Of a DNA stretch of 64,000 nucleotides, positions 12,601 through 25,510 are shown piece by piece. The notes under the pieces were generated by a model, which was not told the origin of the DNA, searched no databases, and saw only the letters and a program-made list of their open reading frames with translations. The position numbers and the translations under genes were made by a program. Location of the stretch: positions 100,316,001-100,380,000 of the forward strand of contig OZ286460.1 of NCBI GenBank assembly GCA_965644265.1, in the 5' to 3' direction. How positions within the stretch are numbered: the stretch's first letter is position 1; the number at the start of each line of letters is the position of its first letter. This DNA comes from Glycera tridactyla (taxonomy: Eukaryota).

Positions 12601-15600
12601 CATCCACATCTGTAATGCTATACATGATTTGTTGCTCCCTATATTATCATTATCAATATCAAATATTATCAACATCATCAACTATTATCATTATGATAAT
12701 ATAGCATAGATAGCTCCGATGACAACCCATGATGATTTGAGTTGCAAATACTGGGAAATCATTTCAGTAGACTCAGCACTTCAGTGGGTTTTTTCTATTC
12801 ATTTGGTATTCAACGCAGGCTTGACTCCCCGCACCAACTACAAAGCAGACTCAATCAGAGTGAAGAGGTCTTTGTAGCTTCCTGTGGAGAGCAAATCAGA
12901 AGTGAACCGACAGAATTGTGATGTGGGTGGAAATCTAAGAGCGGATTAGGAGTTATCCTTTGTGAGAGCTCACCATTGATACAACTCCCTGATGGCCTCG
13001 GCATACTGCCGCCGCTGCCACTGATTCAAGTAATACAGATGTCAAAATATGGAGATTTGCTCGGATATAGTGGCATTTGAACCAATAGACATCACTCACT
13101 GCTTCAAACTTCTCCATATCTGTCCCATATATAAGAATTGAGGATTGAGACTAGCACAAGTGACATGTGGTAGAATCTAAAGAGTGACTTCAACTAACTT
13201 TGACTCTCAGTAGCTTCATCACAACACCAGAAAACAGCAGAAAACCTGTAATATTGCAAAACTCCTCATTGAAGATTTCACAAAGAGATTGATTTCTTGA
13301 ATGACTAGATTTTCTAGATTGAATGTTCTAAGAATTGGGAGAGGGTGACAGGTTTCTAGAGATGATGAGCATGCATATGGTGTCTAAATCAACTAGCAGG
13401 TTTTCCTCACATTGCAATTTTCCAAAGAATGGTTCACATGATTGTACAGTCAATTCCACTTATTTTGTGACCATTGTCTTTCCCTTTTTTCTCAACAACA
13501 AAAAATGAGATTGCAAAAGATTTTTCACTGGAAAAATATGTGCCATCAATTTTGGCTACAGTTGGCATGTATAAACCTGATAAATTCAACCACAGAAGAG
13601 ATCGTATTGGCCCAGAAAATCCTTGACCTGCTTTCACTTGGTGCCGTGACGTAGCATTCAAAGATGTGTGCTGCCGTTAGACATGTGACTGGTAATTATA
13701 ACATGAAATAAGAGAAGTGCACGTCATCAATACAAGAACAGTGCAAGCAGTGTTGGCAACTTTTTAAACATGAGGAATCAGGATAGCGCCATTACAGGAC
13801 ATTGTTTTCATACATATCGATTCATGTCTCTCTGGTAGCCAGTGACCGAATCACATGCTCTTCAATGCATCTGCTCTCAAGATATTCACAAAAAAATGGG
13901 GTCACAAGAAAAGTGGAATTGACTGTGAAGCAACTTTTCATATGAAAGACTGCCATTTTCCTGAGATATCTTCATCACATTTGTGGTTTCAATATAAAAC
14001 TTCAGTGGTATGTTTAGTCGAAGGAAGCTGCAAGATGATCTTAAGCCACTTTCAGTGATGGAAGCTAGACGGCAGGACTTTTCCAAGACCCTCCTGATGG
14101 GAAGAATGTCATCTGACTTGCCAGCATCATGATGCGAATCAACAATCCTTCTTCCATTGCCTCCCCTCCCCTTTACATCCTGAGCAGTGCCATCTAAACT
14201 GAAGGCTGGTAAATGGGAGTCAGCATCACTTTCAAAGACCCTAACCCATGCTGCTCGCACATTGCCTCGAAAGAGCAAGCAGCTGTCTCGGCCACCAACT
14301 CAATAAAATTAGCAGTTCAAATCAGAATTCATGGCTACATTTCTGATTTAGTTGGATATCATTTTTTCATTTTCTTTTTTGGTTTGCTCAATGCAAGTTC
14401 TACTGTACTTGAATGATTGAAAGTGTTAAATATCCATCTGACATGAAGGATGATTTTACCATCATCACCGAAAGAGCTACTATGCAGAAAACATTATATA
14501 GGATGTGAAGAATATTTTCTTGGCAGAGAATTAACAATTCATTCATTTTAATAGAGACTGGTCCCCGAATTTTAAACTGCCATAGAACAGGCGAGGGGAA
14601 GTAAAACGCAACTTCCTGGAAGCATCAGAGAAATGTTCTGACCAATTTGAGGTGAATCAAATCCTGAGAATGGGTATTGTTACTTCTTCAAGATATTAAG
14701 GAATCTACAAGGTCATGGTGGTGGGTGGAAGGATGCTAAAATCCAATTAGCATCAGTGATGTGTTATTCAGCTCCTATTTTAGTGGCTTTTTGGGTAGCT
14801 GAGTGCATAACTGCCTGCTCCTACACAGGCCATGTGTTTGGTGTTATGCTAGAGCAAATCTACAACAAGAAATTGTATGATTCCTAACAATATAATTTGT
14901 AAATTTTGGTGGTGTATTATCAGTAATTTTCTATAAATCTTCAACATACAGATGGTAAAGAAGAAGCAAGGATGTCCGTATATGCCCACCTTGATTTGGG
15001 GATTAGGGATGCAACTTTCCAACCCCTTGCACACTGATTCTGGAATATTCTGCTTCAGATTTCCTTCAGTAAATGACGAGAAAGGGTTCACCAAGTCAAA
15101 TCTACTGAAGCCACACCCAAAATGAAGACATAAGAGAAAGAGGTCCGCCCAATACTTGCAGTATGCCTTTCATTTCTCTGCCCTCAAAAATTGGTTTTCA
15201 AGATGACTCTCATGGTTGCAGAACAATAGCTCTGCAATATAGAGATCTAGAGGAATGATTTATGCTCTCCATGAAGTTGCCCTTGGCTATACGAGATTCA
15301 AGAGGTGCTGTGAATGGAAGGCCGCAATCTACAGGGTTCTACACCACGGTTAGATCGATGATCATGATCCAGTCTACAATTCTGGTGCGAATATTGAGGG
15401 GGAAGTTTGCTTGGTTGGTTATTTGGTTGGTTGGCTGGTTGTAGATTAACATAGTGCTGTTTAACTGTTTGACTTACACTGTGACACTTATGCAACGGGC
15501 ATGGTGAGATCATTCAAGATTACAAAACTCCTCTGTCAGGTACCTGAACAGATTGGAGAATGGTTGGCAGGTCAGACACTCAATGTGTCATTTTAGGTGA

Positions 15601-18175
15601 CTGGAAGGAAGTTGAATATTCAACTCCAATACCTTGCCTAGCTATCTAGAGTCTGGTGCACAGCATATGATTGGAGCATTCTAGCACCAAAATAAGGGAG
15701 TAAATAGATGTATGATGGGGTATAATTTAAGGGTATAATTCATTTTGGCTAAACCCATGTTCTTCAATCGAAGATCAACCAATAGATTGGGCTCAATCAT
15801 CAGTGCATGGTTCCAAACTGGAAGCTGTGTCACCATCACAGACTGCCTAGTGAGGGGCCAACTGCAAGATGGCAGCACCATCCTGGCCTCCAACACAGGT
15901 ACTGAACTGAGGGCATTATGATATTGACTCATCATGATCATGACAGATGGCAGGATCTGTCTGGGAAGCCCTAGTCTTCAGGGTCATCATGTGGCTGAAC
16001 CTCATCAAATGAAGTCAGGAACTAAACCTGCATAGGGAATCAGAATCGCCCAAGTTAGTGCCCAGGTTGAGTAGTTTCAAGATAGCAAAGATATCTCCAG
16101 CTGCTAGTGGAGATCTCAAAAGCTACCCTGAGAAAGTGGTCTTCCATCATAGGTGGCCTAATTCATAAAAATATAATATACAGGAATAAGATGAACTCAA
16201 TTGAATTAAAATAGTGTGGGAAATTGGAGAGGGGTGCTTCCCATAGGTCAGTTACCCATTCACAAGAGCACTGCCTCAGGATCACCATCAAGATCACTAT
16301 CATAAAGCATGTTACGTTACAGAGGAACATCGTATAATATCCACTTAATGACCGCACAGATTTATATATTTAGCAAAGATAATCGACATGAAAAGTGTAC
16401 AGCAGCACATGACCCACAATTGAATATATCTGTATACCCAATGAGGACTGAACCTAATTTCTCTCCCTGGAGCCCACAAAGAGTTCCGTTAGACACACCC
16501 AATCTCAAAATACGCACAAGCCACTCACACCAGTCAACATTTACTCTCCTTGCATCTAATTCGCATTTTGGAAGACAGCGTATCTACTCCCTCTCTCTAA
16601 TTTTGGAGCAGCCTATGATTGCTGATTCAGTAGGCCAAATTCAGTTGCAGGAATTATGACTACAGTTAGGCTTTATGCTCTTGTCAGTTTCTTGCTTTAG
16701 ACTTGGGTGCCAGCACCCAGGTACTCACATAATTATCAATACCATCATGTTGTTCATTTGTATTATTGTATGTTGGTGGAGGTGTGTCCAAACCATCAGC
16801 TACATTCATATGATGACCTTTCTGGGAGCCCATCATCTTGTAAGGTTTGTCCATTGCAGGGGACAGAGCATCACAGCTTAAATTTTGATCATAATGCAAA
16901 GAGATGCAGACCCATATCTTGCCAAATTGATTGGAGGAAAGTTTGTGGTGGAATTTCAGGGTGCTCCTCATATCTTAATGTTCAGTATTAACATTTTAGG
17001 AGCTCAGAACTTCAAGCCTAACATGAAATTGAATATGGGATGTGTCAAAACTCCATGGAAATATTGTACCGGAGATGTAAATTTCCCCTGCCATCTTGTG
17101 CCACAGCTGTTTGGCAAACTTGTGATGAAAAGTCTTATGTGAGCAGTCATTTCATGAGTATCGGTTGATTCCATCTGGGTGTTCAATGAATAGGGATGTG
17201 AGTGGCTCACAATCAAAAACCCTGAAATCATGCCAGAGGGCACTTTTCACCAAGATTTCATGGACCGAAAACCAAAATAACATGCTCAATGGATACGATT
17301 ACTGATATTCTGTGCTCTATCTTCATTAATTCTGGTCCGAATTTTCATGATCTAAATGTCAAAATAATCAGCATGTCATATGCAAGAAGATCTGAATCAG
17401 TGATCAAAAACAAGGATCCATAGAATGATCACATCCCTGAATGAAGAAAGTAACATGAAAATCTAAGCCAAAGACACTGAAGACTGCGCCATGGAAACAC
17501 ATGGACGAATCGCTAGTTAGGCCACTTGTACACAATGCTTTGGCATCTGTGCCAAGCATCGATGATGACATATAATATATGCACTATGATGCTAGCCATG
17601 ACAGCATGCAAACACTCTAGCAGTAGTTACAATCTGCTAATGTGTTCTGCATACTCACTGCATATTTACTTAGTATGCAAGCACCATTTCCTTTCCTGAG
17701 ATGATCATAAGTACCCATCTGAGTCCACCCCCCCCCCACCCCACCCCCCCCCCCCCCCCCCATTTTGTAATGCATTGCAGTTCTGTGGCATGCAATGTTT
17801 TCAGCTGGCTATCAATTATTCACAAAGATATTTTGATGATTACAAGTGAAAGTAGGCCAGTAGGCCAACAAAGGATGGCATGAAAATGAAACAAATGGGG
17901 TAATCAATCAAACTTTGTAGGCACACAGGCCTAGTTCTTTCAGACCACAGTGGTATCATCGATGCTGATCGACGGAGTTATCACTTTGGCCATGATTTCT
18001 CCCAGAGAATTTCAGCAAATAATATTGTTAGAGAGATGACTTCATACCAAACTGCGTGGAACAAATGCCGAATATTTCAGCTCGTATCGGAGATGTGAAG
18101 GCTGGCGAACTGCCATCCTTAATCACAGCTTCGGTAGGATACTGAAATGAAAAGATGGTGATTGGTTTCATTATG

Positions 18176-18390
18176 CAGAGCTCTACATTGCTACCAGTGG
18201 GTAGCCAATTGCTACCAAATTTACCCTCTGGCTACCATATTTTAAAAGTTAGGAGCAAGCCACCCCTAAATAGTTAAGAGGTTGTAATTGGCAATGTATT
18301 GATTGGCTACCAAAATACTGCACTTGCTATCAAATATTTCAACTTAGGAGCGAGCCGGCTACTAAATATTTTGGCCAACGTAGAGCCCTG
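18176..18390. mobile_element. MITE CAG(G/A)GCTCTAC...GTAGAGCCCTG with a 5-bp TSD (hAT5-like)
   Basis: TTATG on both sides. Other copies: 39584-39797 (TCTGA/TTTGA), 48677-48801 (CTTGA/CTTTA), a TAGGG-type variant at 32695-32877 (CCATG/CCATA), and a left end at ~59268. Confidence 0.8.
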
Positions 18391-18963
18391 TTATGTGAAT
18401 CATCAAATATGGGTCAGCATTCTTATCCCTAATTGATATTGAGCTATATAATCCTAGAGATATGGCTGGGGAGCCCAAATTGAAACAATCTTCTTAAAGA
18501 TTTCTGCAAGGCATTCGATGAGAATCAGATAAACAAACTGTCTTAGCCTGATGTTAAAGGCCTCTATTTTCTATGCTGTATGTGAATGGCATGTAACCCA
18601 GCTGTCAATGACTCAATTGTGCTGATGGCACAGTCTATCTTCCATCATATTCATTAAAGAACACTAAATTGTAAAGGTTGTCGTTCATGTTTTTTTAAAA
18701 AAGCCAGTCAAACAAACAAATCATTATCAAGAACTAAAGTTGACATCATCAGAGAGAACCAGTTATGCTCTATGTAATTTCTCTTACAAAATATTTACTT
18801 TTGTTTGCATAAACATACATGGTTCAATGCATAATTGAAGGCTTTCTATATACAAAGGCCCCTCATGCAGAACAAGAGAATAGAAACCCATGATTTGGAA
18901 GTGAGCAAATCTGAAAGTCGAGCGCTGACTGAGTTTACCAGCTATTGCTTGATACATATACAG

Positions 18964-19106
18964 AATGCAACGAGCGTTGTGTACGGGAGGCAGTATACGT
19001 CTAGTGCTTCAGGCTGAGAGAGGCACGAGTTGCTGCAGGCCACGAGTGCCTCATAGACCTGAGCACAAAACGTATACGGCCTCCCGTACACAACATGAGT
19101 TGCATT
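18964..19106. repeat. 143-bp imperfect fold-back palindrome
   Basis: The left arm AATGCAAC..GTTGTGTACGGGAGGC.GTATACGT..GTGCT.CAGG..GAGGCAC pairs with GTGCCTC..CCTGAGCAC..ACGTATACGGCCTCCCGTACACAAC..GTTGCATT. Confidence 0.85.
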
Positions 19107-19578
19107 TCATATCTATTATCTGATATAACTGTTTTCAGAAGCGCATTCATTCATTTTACACATTTTGAGACAATCGTGTTCCCTACCTTGCAAGTCTACC
19201 GCCAACACTCCAACACCTGCGACATGCATGTGAATGGTGAAAACAACGAACCCGAACGAGTGTATGCCACTGACACTGATAACGTACTGGTACCACTGCG
19301 TGCAAATATGAACAAACCGAATCCTGCATCTCCTGCTCGTCTCCCGCAGTATGTTCCAAACATGTACCCCCCCCCCCCCCCACCCACACACACACACAAA
19401 CAAACTATGGACATAAAGAGCCGTGAATATTGGAGACAACGTATCTGAACAAGTGTATGGCGCCAACGCTGCTAACGTAGGGTTTCACGTAAACGTAAAC
19501 AAACCGAGTGCCTCATCTTCCACAGTATATTCCAAACATGCAATCACCAACATACACACAAACACACATGATTGCACA

Positions 19579-19650
<72 letters not shown>

Positions 19651-20619
19651 CTCTCTCTTTCTCTCCCCAACTATGTTTTCCTGAGTGTAGTTCTTCAGAA
19701 TCATACATGTGTAGGCAAATGCGAAGATTTTTGCTGGTGCAATCAAAAATGTACACTTACCTTTAAATAATTCATGGCTGCTCACAAGGCAACGGCAACA
19801 GCAAAGCTACTGGGGAAAATTTCTATGTATACCCCAATTACAAACGAAGAATTGACCCTGCCAACAAGATCTGCTATCTTATTCAACAATCGAGTCTGGG
19901 ATAATTAGCAACAACCTTCGATAATTGTGTTCATAAGTAAAATGCAGTTTACCCTTTCACAAATCACTGACACAAGATTTATATAGAATGCCCGATTGCC
20001 GGGTACAGGGAGCCCGTTCATGTCAAGCAACTTTCCCCGGGGCAGGCACAAGTGGCCGGAAGCTCTTGGCCAATCAGAAGACTATGATATTACTCATGAG
20101 TCCCAACGTAGGGAGATGAATGGGGCACAATGATGAAGTTCTATGTGCCATTTCACATTTTAATGTCTCCAAAGCAATACAGTGAAACCTGCGATGAGGG
20201 ACCGCCCTGAATGTCACCAAAAACTGGTCTCTCAAAAGAGGTGGTGTCTCGTCAAAGGCACATCTGACTACCAGTATGTAAAATGAAAAGCTGTCGGATA
20301 GAAGCGGTCTCCCATCAGAGGTGGTCTCTCATGGGGGTCTCTCTTCACAAGTTACTCTGTATTATCTAGTCATAGTATTCTGGATGAAATATGCCTTCTA
20401 GGATTGTATGTGCATTTTTCAAACTTTATATGCCCGTTAGCGTGGGGTATGGAGGCGGGAGTATGAGAGTCTCCATCCAAATTTACGTGGAGTCTGGCTA
20501 GAATTTGCTCAAACACCTGACACATCTATTCAGCAAATTACAGCATCTAGTGGGGAAACTGACAAACACTGATTATGAGCACACACATGATGTAATTAGA
20601 CAATATCACTATTTGCCCA

Positions 20620-20985
20620 GGATGTGCAATGTGTGCCTGTATGTGTGTGTGGTGGGGAATGTGTGTATGTGTGTGTGGGGGGGGGATGTGTGAGTGAGTG
20701 TGTCTATCAGCTGTTCACTGATGTGCAATGTGTGCCTGTATGTGTGTGTGTGTGGGGGGGGGGGGGAGTGTGTGTATGTGTGTGGGGGGAGTGTGTGTGT
20801 GGGGGGGATGTGTGAGTGAGTGTGTCTATCAGCTGCTCACTGATGTGCAATGTGTGTCCAGGATGTGCAATATGTGTGTATGTGTGTATGGGGGGAGGGT
20901 GTGTGTGGGTGTGGGCGTGTGTGTGTATGTGTGTGTGTGTGGGGGTAATGTGTGAGTGAGTGTGTCTATCAGCTGCTCACTGAGT
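20620..20985. repeat. Compound GT/G-rich satellite
   Basis: The anchor TGAGTGAGTGTGTCTATCAGCTG(T/C)TCACTGA occurs at ~20691, ~20813 and ~20953, separated by (GT)n and poly-G tracts. Confidence 0.8.
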
Positions 20986-22123
20986 TCCCCCTTTGGTGGG
21001 TTGACTCTTTAGCCCTGAGGTTTGGAGTGCTGGCAGTGTATTACTGGCAATGGGTGGGTGCCTTACTCAGAGGTCGATGATTAAAACTCCATATTAAACC
21101 CGGAATTGGGCTCGGGCATTTGACACATTTCATGGACTTGTTGCCCATGCATCATGTCACTGACATGAAATTCTCCAATTCAACATGAGCAATATCAAGT
21201 TGAATACAAAACATGGATGCATCATTTCTAATTTTCATTTGAAGTACCGGTAAAACAATTTCAATCGGCTAGTGTGCAAAATCATTTGAAAATATTAGAA
21301 AATGCAAAATGTGAAATGCATATATACAGATACTGTGCAATTGTTTGGCCACTAATCTATGATCAATACGGGAAAACTACCTGTCACAGCACCAATTATT
21401 GTTTTATTAAAAATCAGACAACCGGATACATGTATGCTGTAATACCCAGCTGAAGAGTCTCAGACTGAATACTCCATATGGAAAAAATCAGGTAAACATA
21501 GCTTAACAAACTACTGACTACAATTGAAATTCATGCAAATAATGAACATAAATTCAGGCAGAATATGACACAGCCATAAAGCAGCTCATCTTAAACAAGG
21601 TAATCCCATACATTGGGAGCCTAAGTAGAACTGATCATATTTTGCATCAAAACTCAAATCACAGTCAATGCAATGAACAACAAACTGTACTAGAAAAACA
21701 AATTATGAATATTATCATCCTAACATGAACAATTTCACTCCTTTGCCCATGATTCTTTAGGGGCAATAAAGACTTCTCGGATATGGTGCATAAATTTTGT
21801 CCATCATGTTCATAAGTATCTAGGAAATGGACATCAAGCTAGAACTGTTCCCAACCTGAGTTGGGAACAATGTTCCCATGTCCATTGGTGAGACCATCAA
21901 GAAGTGTGATTTCATCTGACATAGCAACAGTGGTAATTGGATTCTACTCCTGATTGAGAAAAAAATAGTATCATAATCTTCTGATGTGTCAGCCTACAAT
22001 CCAACATTGGTCAGTCATTGAACCAGAGCAAATTCAAATTACCTGCCTTGGTGCTAGATATCAGCCAGATAGCCAGGAGCTCAAGCTTTTCTCAACTGAC
22101 TGAAGGCATTAGCCAAACTGGTA

Positions 22124-23188
22124 CCGAACATACTCGCATATAAGCCTTCTTCGCGTATAAGCCGGGAGTACAATTTCGCCTCCAAAAGTCGGGATTCAGT
22201 CAATTTCACGAATATAAGCCATCCCCCCTGAATTAGCTGATTGAGCATGGCGAATTTCAGTGAGTCAACTAGCGACGAGTGCCATGATACATCAAAGACA
22301 ACCGTTTGGAGAGGTCAATTTGTGCCTTACCCCAGCTATTGTTGGTTCATCCGCACCTCCACACTTCAATCATTCATGAGTACAATCCATGTTGAGGTGA
22401 TATCCACCATGGAAAAGATGTGTCAAAGCCGAATAAGCATGTATTTCGCAATGAAAACGAAGGGCTGACTTCTCCGATAGTGATCTGAGCGCCATTGATG
22501 TGTCTCGTGACGAGGCTGGCATCCCTGGATAGAAGGGATAGCCCAAATGTTCATCATATATATATATAGGTCAGATAAATTATGCAAATTGGCTTTTTTT
22601 TTGTTGGTCATGTGATCCAATGATGTTCAAAATGGAGGACACTGTTTTCATCACATTTGTGGCGAATTTGTTGGGATTTTCTCCTAAACAATCATCAAAC
22701 CAACATGCCATTAGAGTCGATATTCATGCATTTGGTACTATTAATTGACATCCAGCAGTATTTTGGGCATTTGGAGAGCGAACGTGAATTCTGTCAGTCT
22801 TCCAACTGGTTAGTGTTTCATAATGGTCTTTGCATTCGTGTTCGACCATTTGATTCCATGTTATGAAAATATTCATTTCTCAAGAACCACACAATGGATC
22901 AACTAAAATCTTATGGCATGATGAATGAAACAATATTTCTGACGAATGTTTCACATGGATTAAATCTTATTTGTTGGGGAACCTTGTTAAATTTGATGAT
23001 ATTTCAATGTGTGTTTGTTGGTTCTTCGAAGATAGCCCCGGCTGCTAGCGAAGCCCTTACCAACTCACCGCTCTTCGTTTATTTTGATATTTCGCTCTCA
23101 CAAAATTCATACTCACGTATAACTCCCTCCCTTTTTTTTGCCACTATATTTTGGTGTAAAAAAAGGGCTTATATGCAAGTATATACGG
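22124..23188. mobile_element. Tigger/pogo-type non-autonomous element (TA-CCGTA...TACGG-TA)
   Basis: Left end CCGAACATACTCGCATATAAGCC, right end GGGCTTATATGCAAGTATATACGG, TA on both sides; no transposase ORF. Confidence 0.75.
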
Positions 23189-25510
23189 TACTTGACTGAA
23201 GCAAATGAAGACATGACTGTATCACCTCATAAAGCTTGTGTAGTTATGATGAATCTGTGTATTATGATATTTGAGAGCTGCAAAACATATTTATCATTAA
23301 AGTTATGGTGAAATTGAAGACATTTCACAATTCTACAGGGAGCTCATTTCCTCACATGATCCGAATGCAACTGACAGATCACGTGACAACGCAACAGAAA
23401 AGAACCTAGCTTACTGTGAGTACCATGGATATCTATTCCAAACATTTCACAATGCTTTTAACTAAAGCATGAGGAATTTGGCTAAAAATGGAATGGCTGC
23501 TTTAGCCAAATTTGCTACAGGGAATATTGTTCTAGCACGCACAGAATCACCACTGTCAATAAGAGCAGCTTTCATTACCTACAGCAAATAAGATGCCAGT
23601 AACTACAACAGACATAAAAGCTAATGAAAATGTTAGGAAAAACGGATCTCACCAATATACTCATGAAGCTGGACCATCACGTAGAATCACAACTATTGGG
23701 TTAGGTAGAGGTGCAAACAACATTGAGCATGACATCGACTACAAAGTGTGAATTGTGAGCAGATGCTTGGTGAACTGAACAACTGATCTGACACAACATC
23801 AGATTGATGTAAATGCATAACATCATCGATGTAATGGTGAACATCACATGTACAACTATGACAACAGGTGACGAACAATCTCTACATACCAATACTGAGG
23901 ACTGGAAATAGAAAACAGGAGATTGCATATTAGTTTTGTTCTCACTTTTTTTGGGGCTCACACAAACACACACACACAAATTAACAAACACACACAGAAA
24001 CACACCAACTGTAATGAGTCATCAATCTAAGCATATATAAGTGAATCAGTAAAAGCAACTCTATTTTTGGGTGCACACAAAAGAAAGTGGATCTTTTGCA
24101 TCACATCATCATAGTCAACCATTAATATAAGATATTTTCTAATTTATAATGAGGGATCATGTACAATGGGAAACATCCACATTTATTAGATAGAGGCAGG
24201 CATCAACCCTATTATTAACCCCTGCATGAATGTATTTGGTTGTCTTTACCAACCAATCAACCAACCTTGTATATGGCATGATCTTCATATTGCCAGGAGT
24301 ACAAACAAAAATGGCACACAAATCATGAGAAAAAAAAATCATGAGAAAAAGGATGACATCACACCCATCCAGCACAATGGGCGAGTGCAATAAGCACATC
24401 AGCAGAACCATGAACAACCGCAGCAGAGCTAGGTATGTCATCAGTGAAATACCAGTTGGAGTCTCGGGCATTTTAAAAAATGGCACACTGCATGTACAGT
24501 GAAACCTGCGTGAGTGTAAACCTGTGCTAGGCAAAATCCTGTCTTAAGCACATAACCCCACGGTCTGCCCGGATGTCTTTTCTCACTATAATTATCCTGC
24601 GCTAAGCAAAATCCTGTCTTAAGTGGAAGAAAAATTTGGTCCCATGACTTTTCACTTAAGACAGGTTTTACTGTATTTTGTTCTGGCATATCATCTATTG
24701 CAGGCAGCTGGAGATCCCACGGAGTCAGCTGACAGGATTCAGTAAGGGCCCCATCCCGCTAATAAAATATCATAAATCTTATCGACAATCACAAACAATT
24801 CAGTATGTTCCTATTCTTTCTTTTGTTGATGAGCAATTGTAATGTGCAATCACAAGTACAGCAATACAATCATATATCCTTCTGTTGAAATAATCACTCC
24901 TATCTCCAATTATTTCTTTGATCTATTTGCATCCTTTTCATTAATTTCACATTTTAGTGATAGGATTGGCCACAGTTAAAAAGGAAACACATGCCATTCA
25001 ACAAACTTCAGTGATATTCTATAATTTGTGGCACATTATGGTGTAAACTGGCACATGGGTGCTGCAGCGATGTGCCCTGAAGTCCCATAAATTCTCCCTC
25101 GTCAGAAAATTGTGCCGTACATTGACATACAACCAATCATCCTTCCAGTTCACTGATACAGAACTGTAAATGCCATCTCACAGTATTGAGCAAATGCAAT
25201 AGAATTTTATATAATATAAGTCATCAAACCAGCCTATAAAGGCAACAAAACACCATCACGGTCACAGCTCTGGGTGTCCTTCATACAGTTGGTCTCTAGA
25301 GCAGGTTCGACTGTAAGTCAGAGAAGGTGGCAAGGCAGCTGTTCCGACCTCTATGGTTCTGTCATTAGGTTGCTCCACTGGAATATCTCAGCTTGGATGA
25401 ATATGCCAGCTGACAAAAGGAGCAGGTCAAGTGCTAGGATGGAGCCATATCAATAATCAATAGACTGGCCCTACTATGCTCCATGATTATGCAATAGTAC
25501 TGTCATATTG

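Noticed and set aside
21450-21480. CTGAAGA-GTCT-C-AGAC-TGAAT hammerhead-like motif; also CTGATGA-CC-GAAA at ~56420 and CTGACGA...GAAA at ~29980
   Set aside because: Each lacks either the GAAA box or a stem II, as expected for chance matches.
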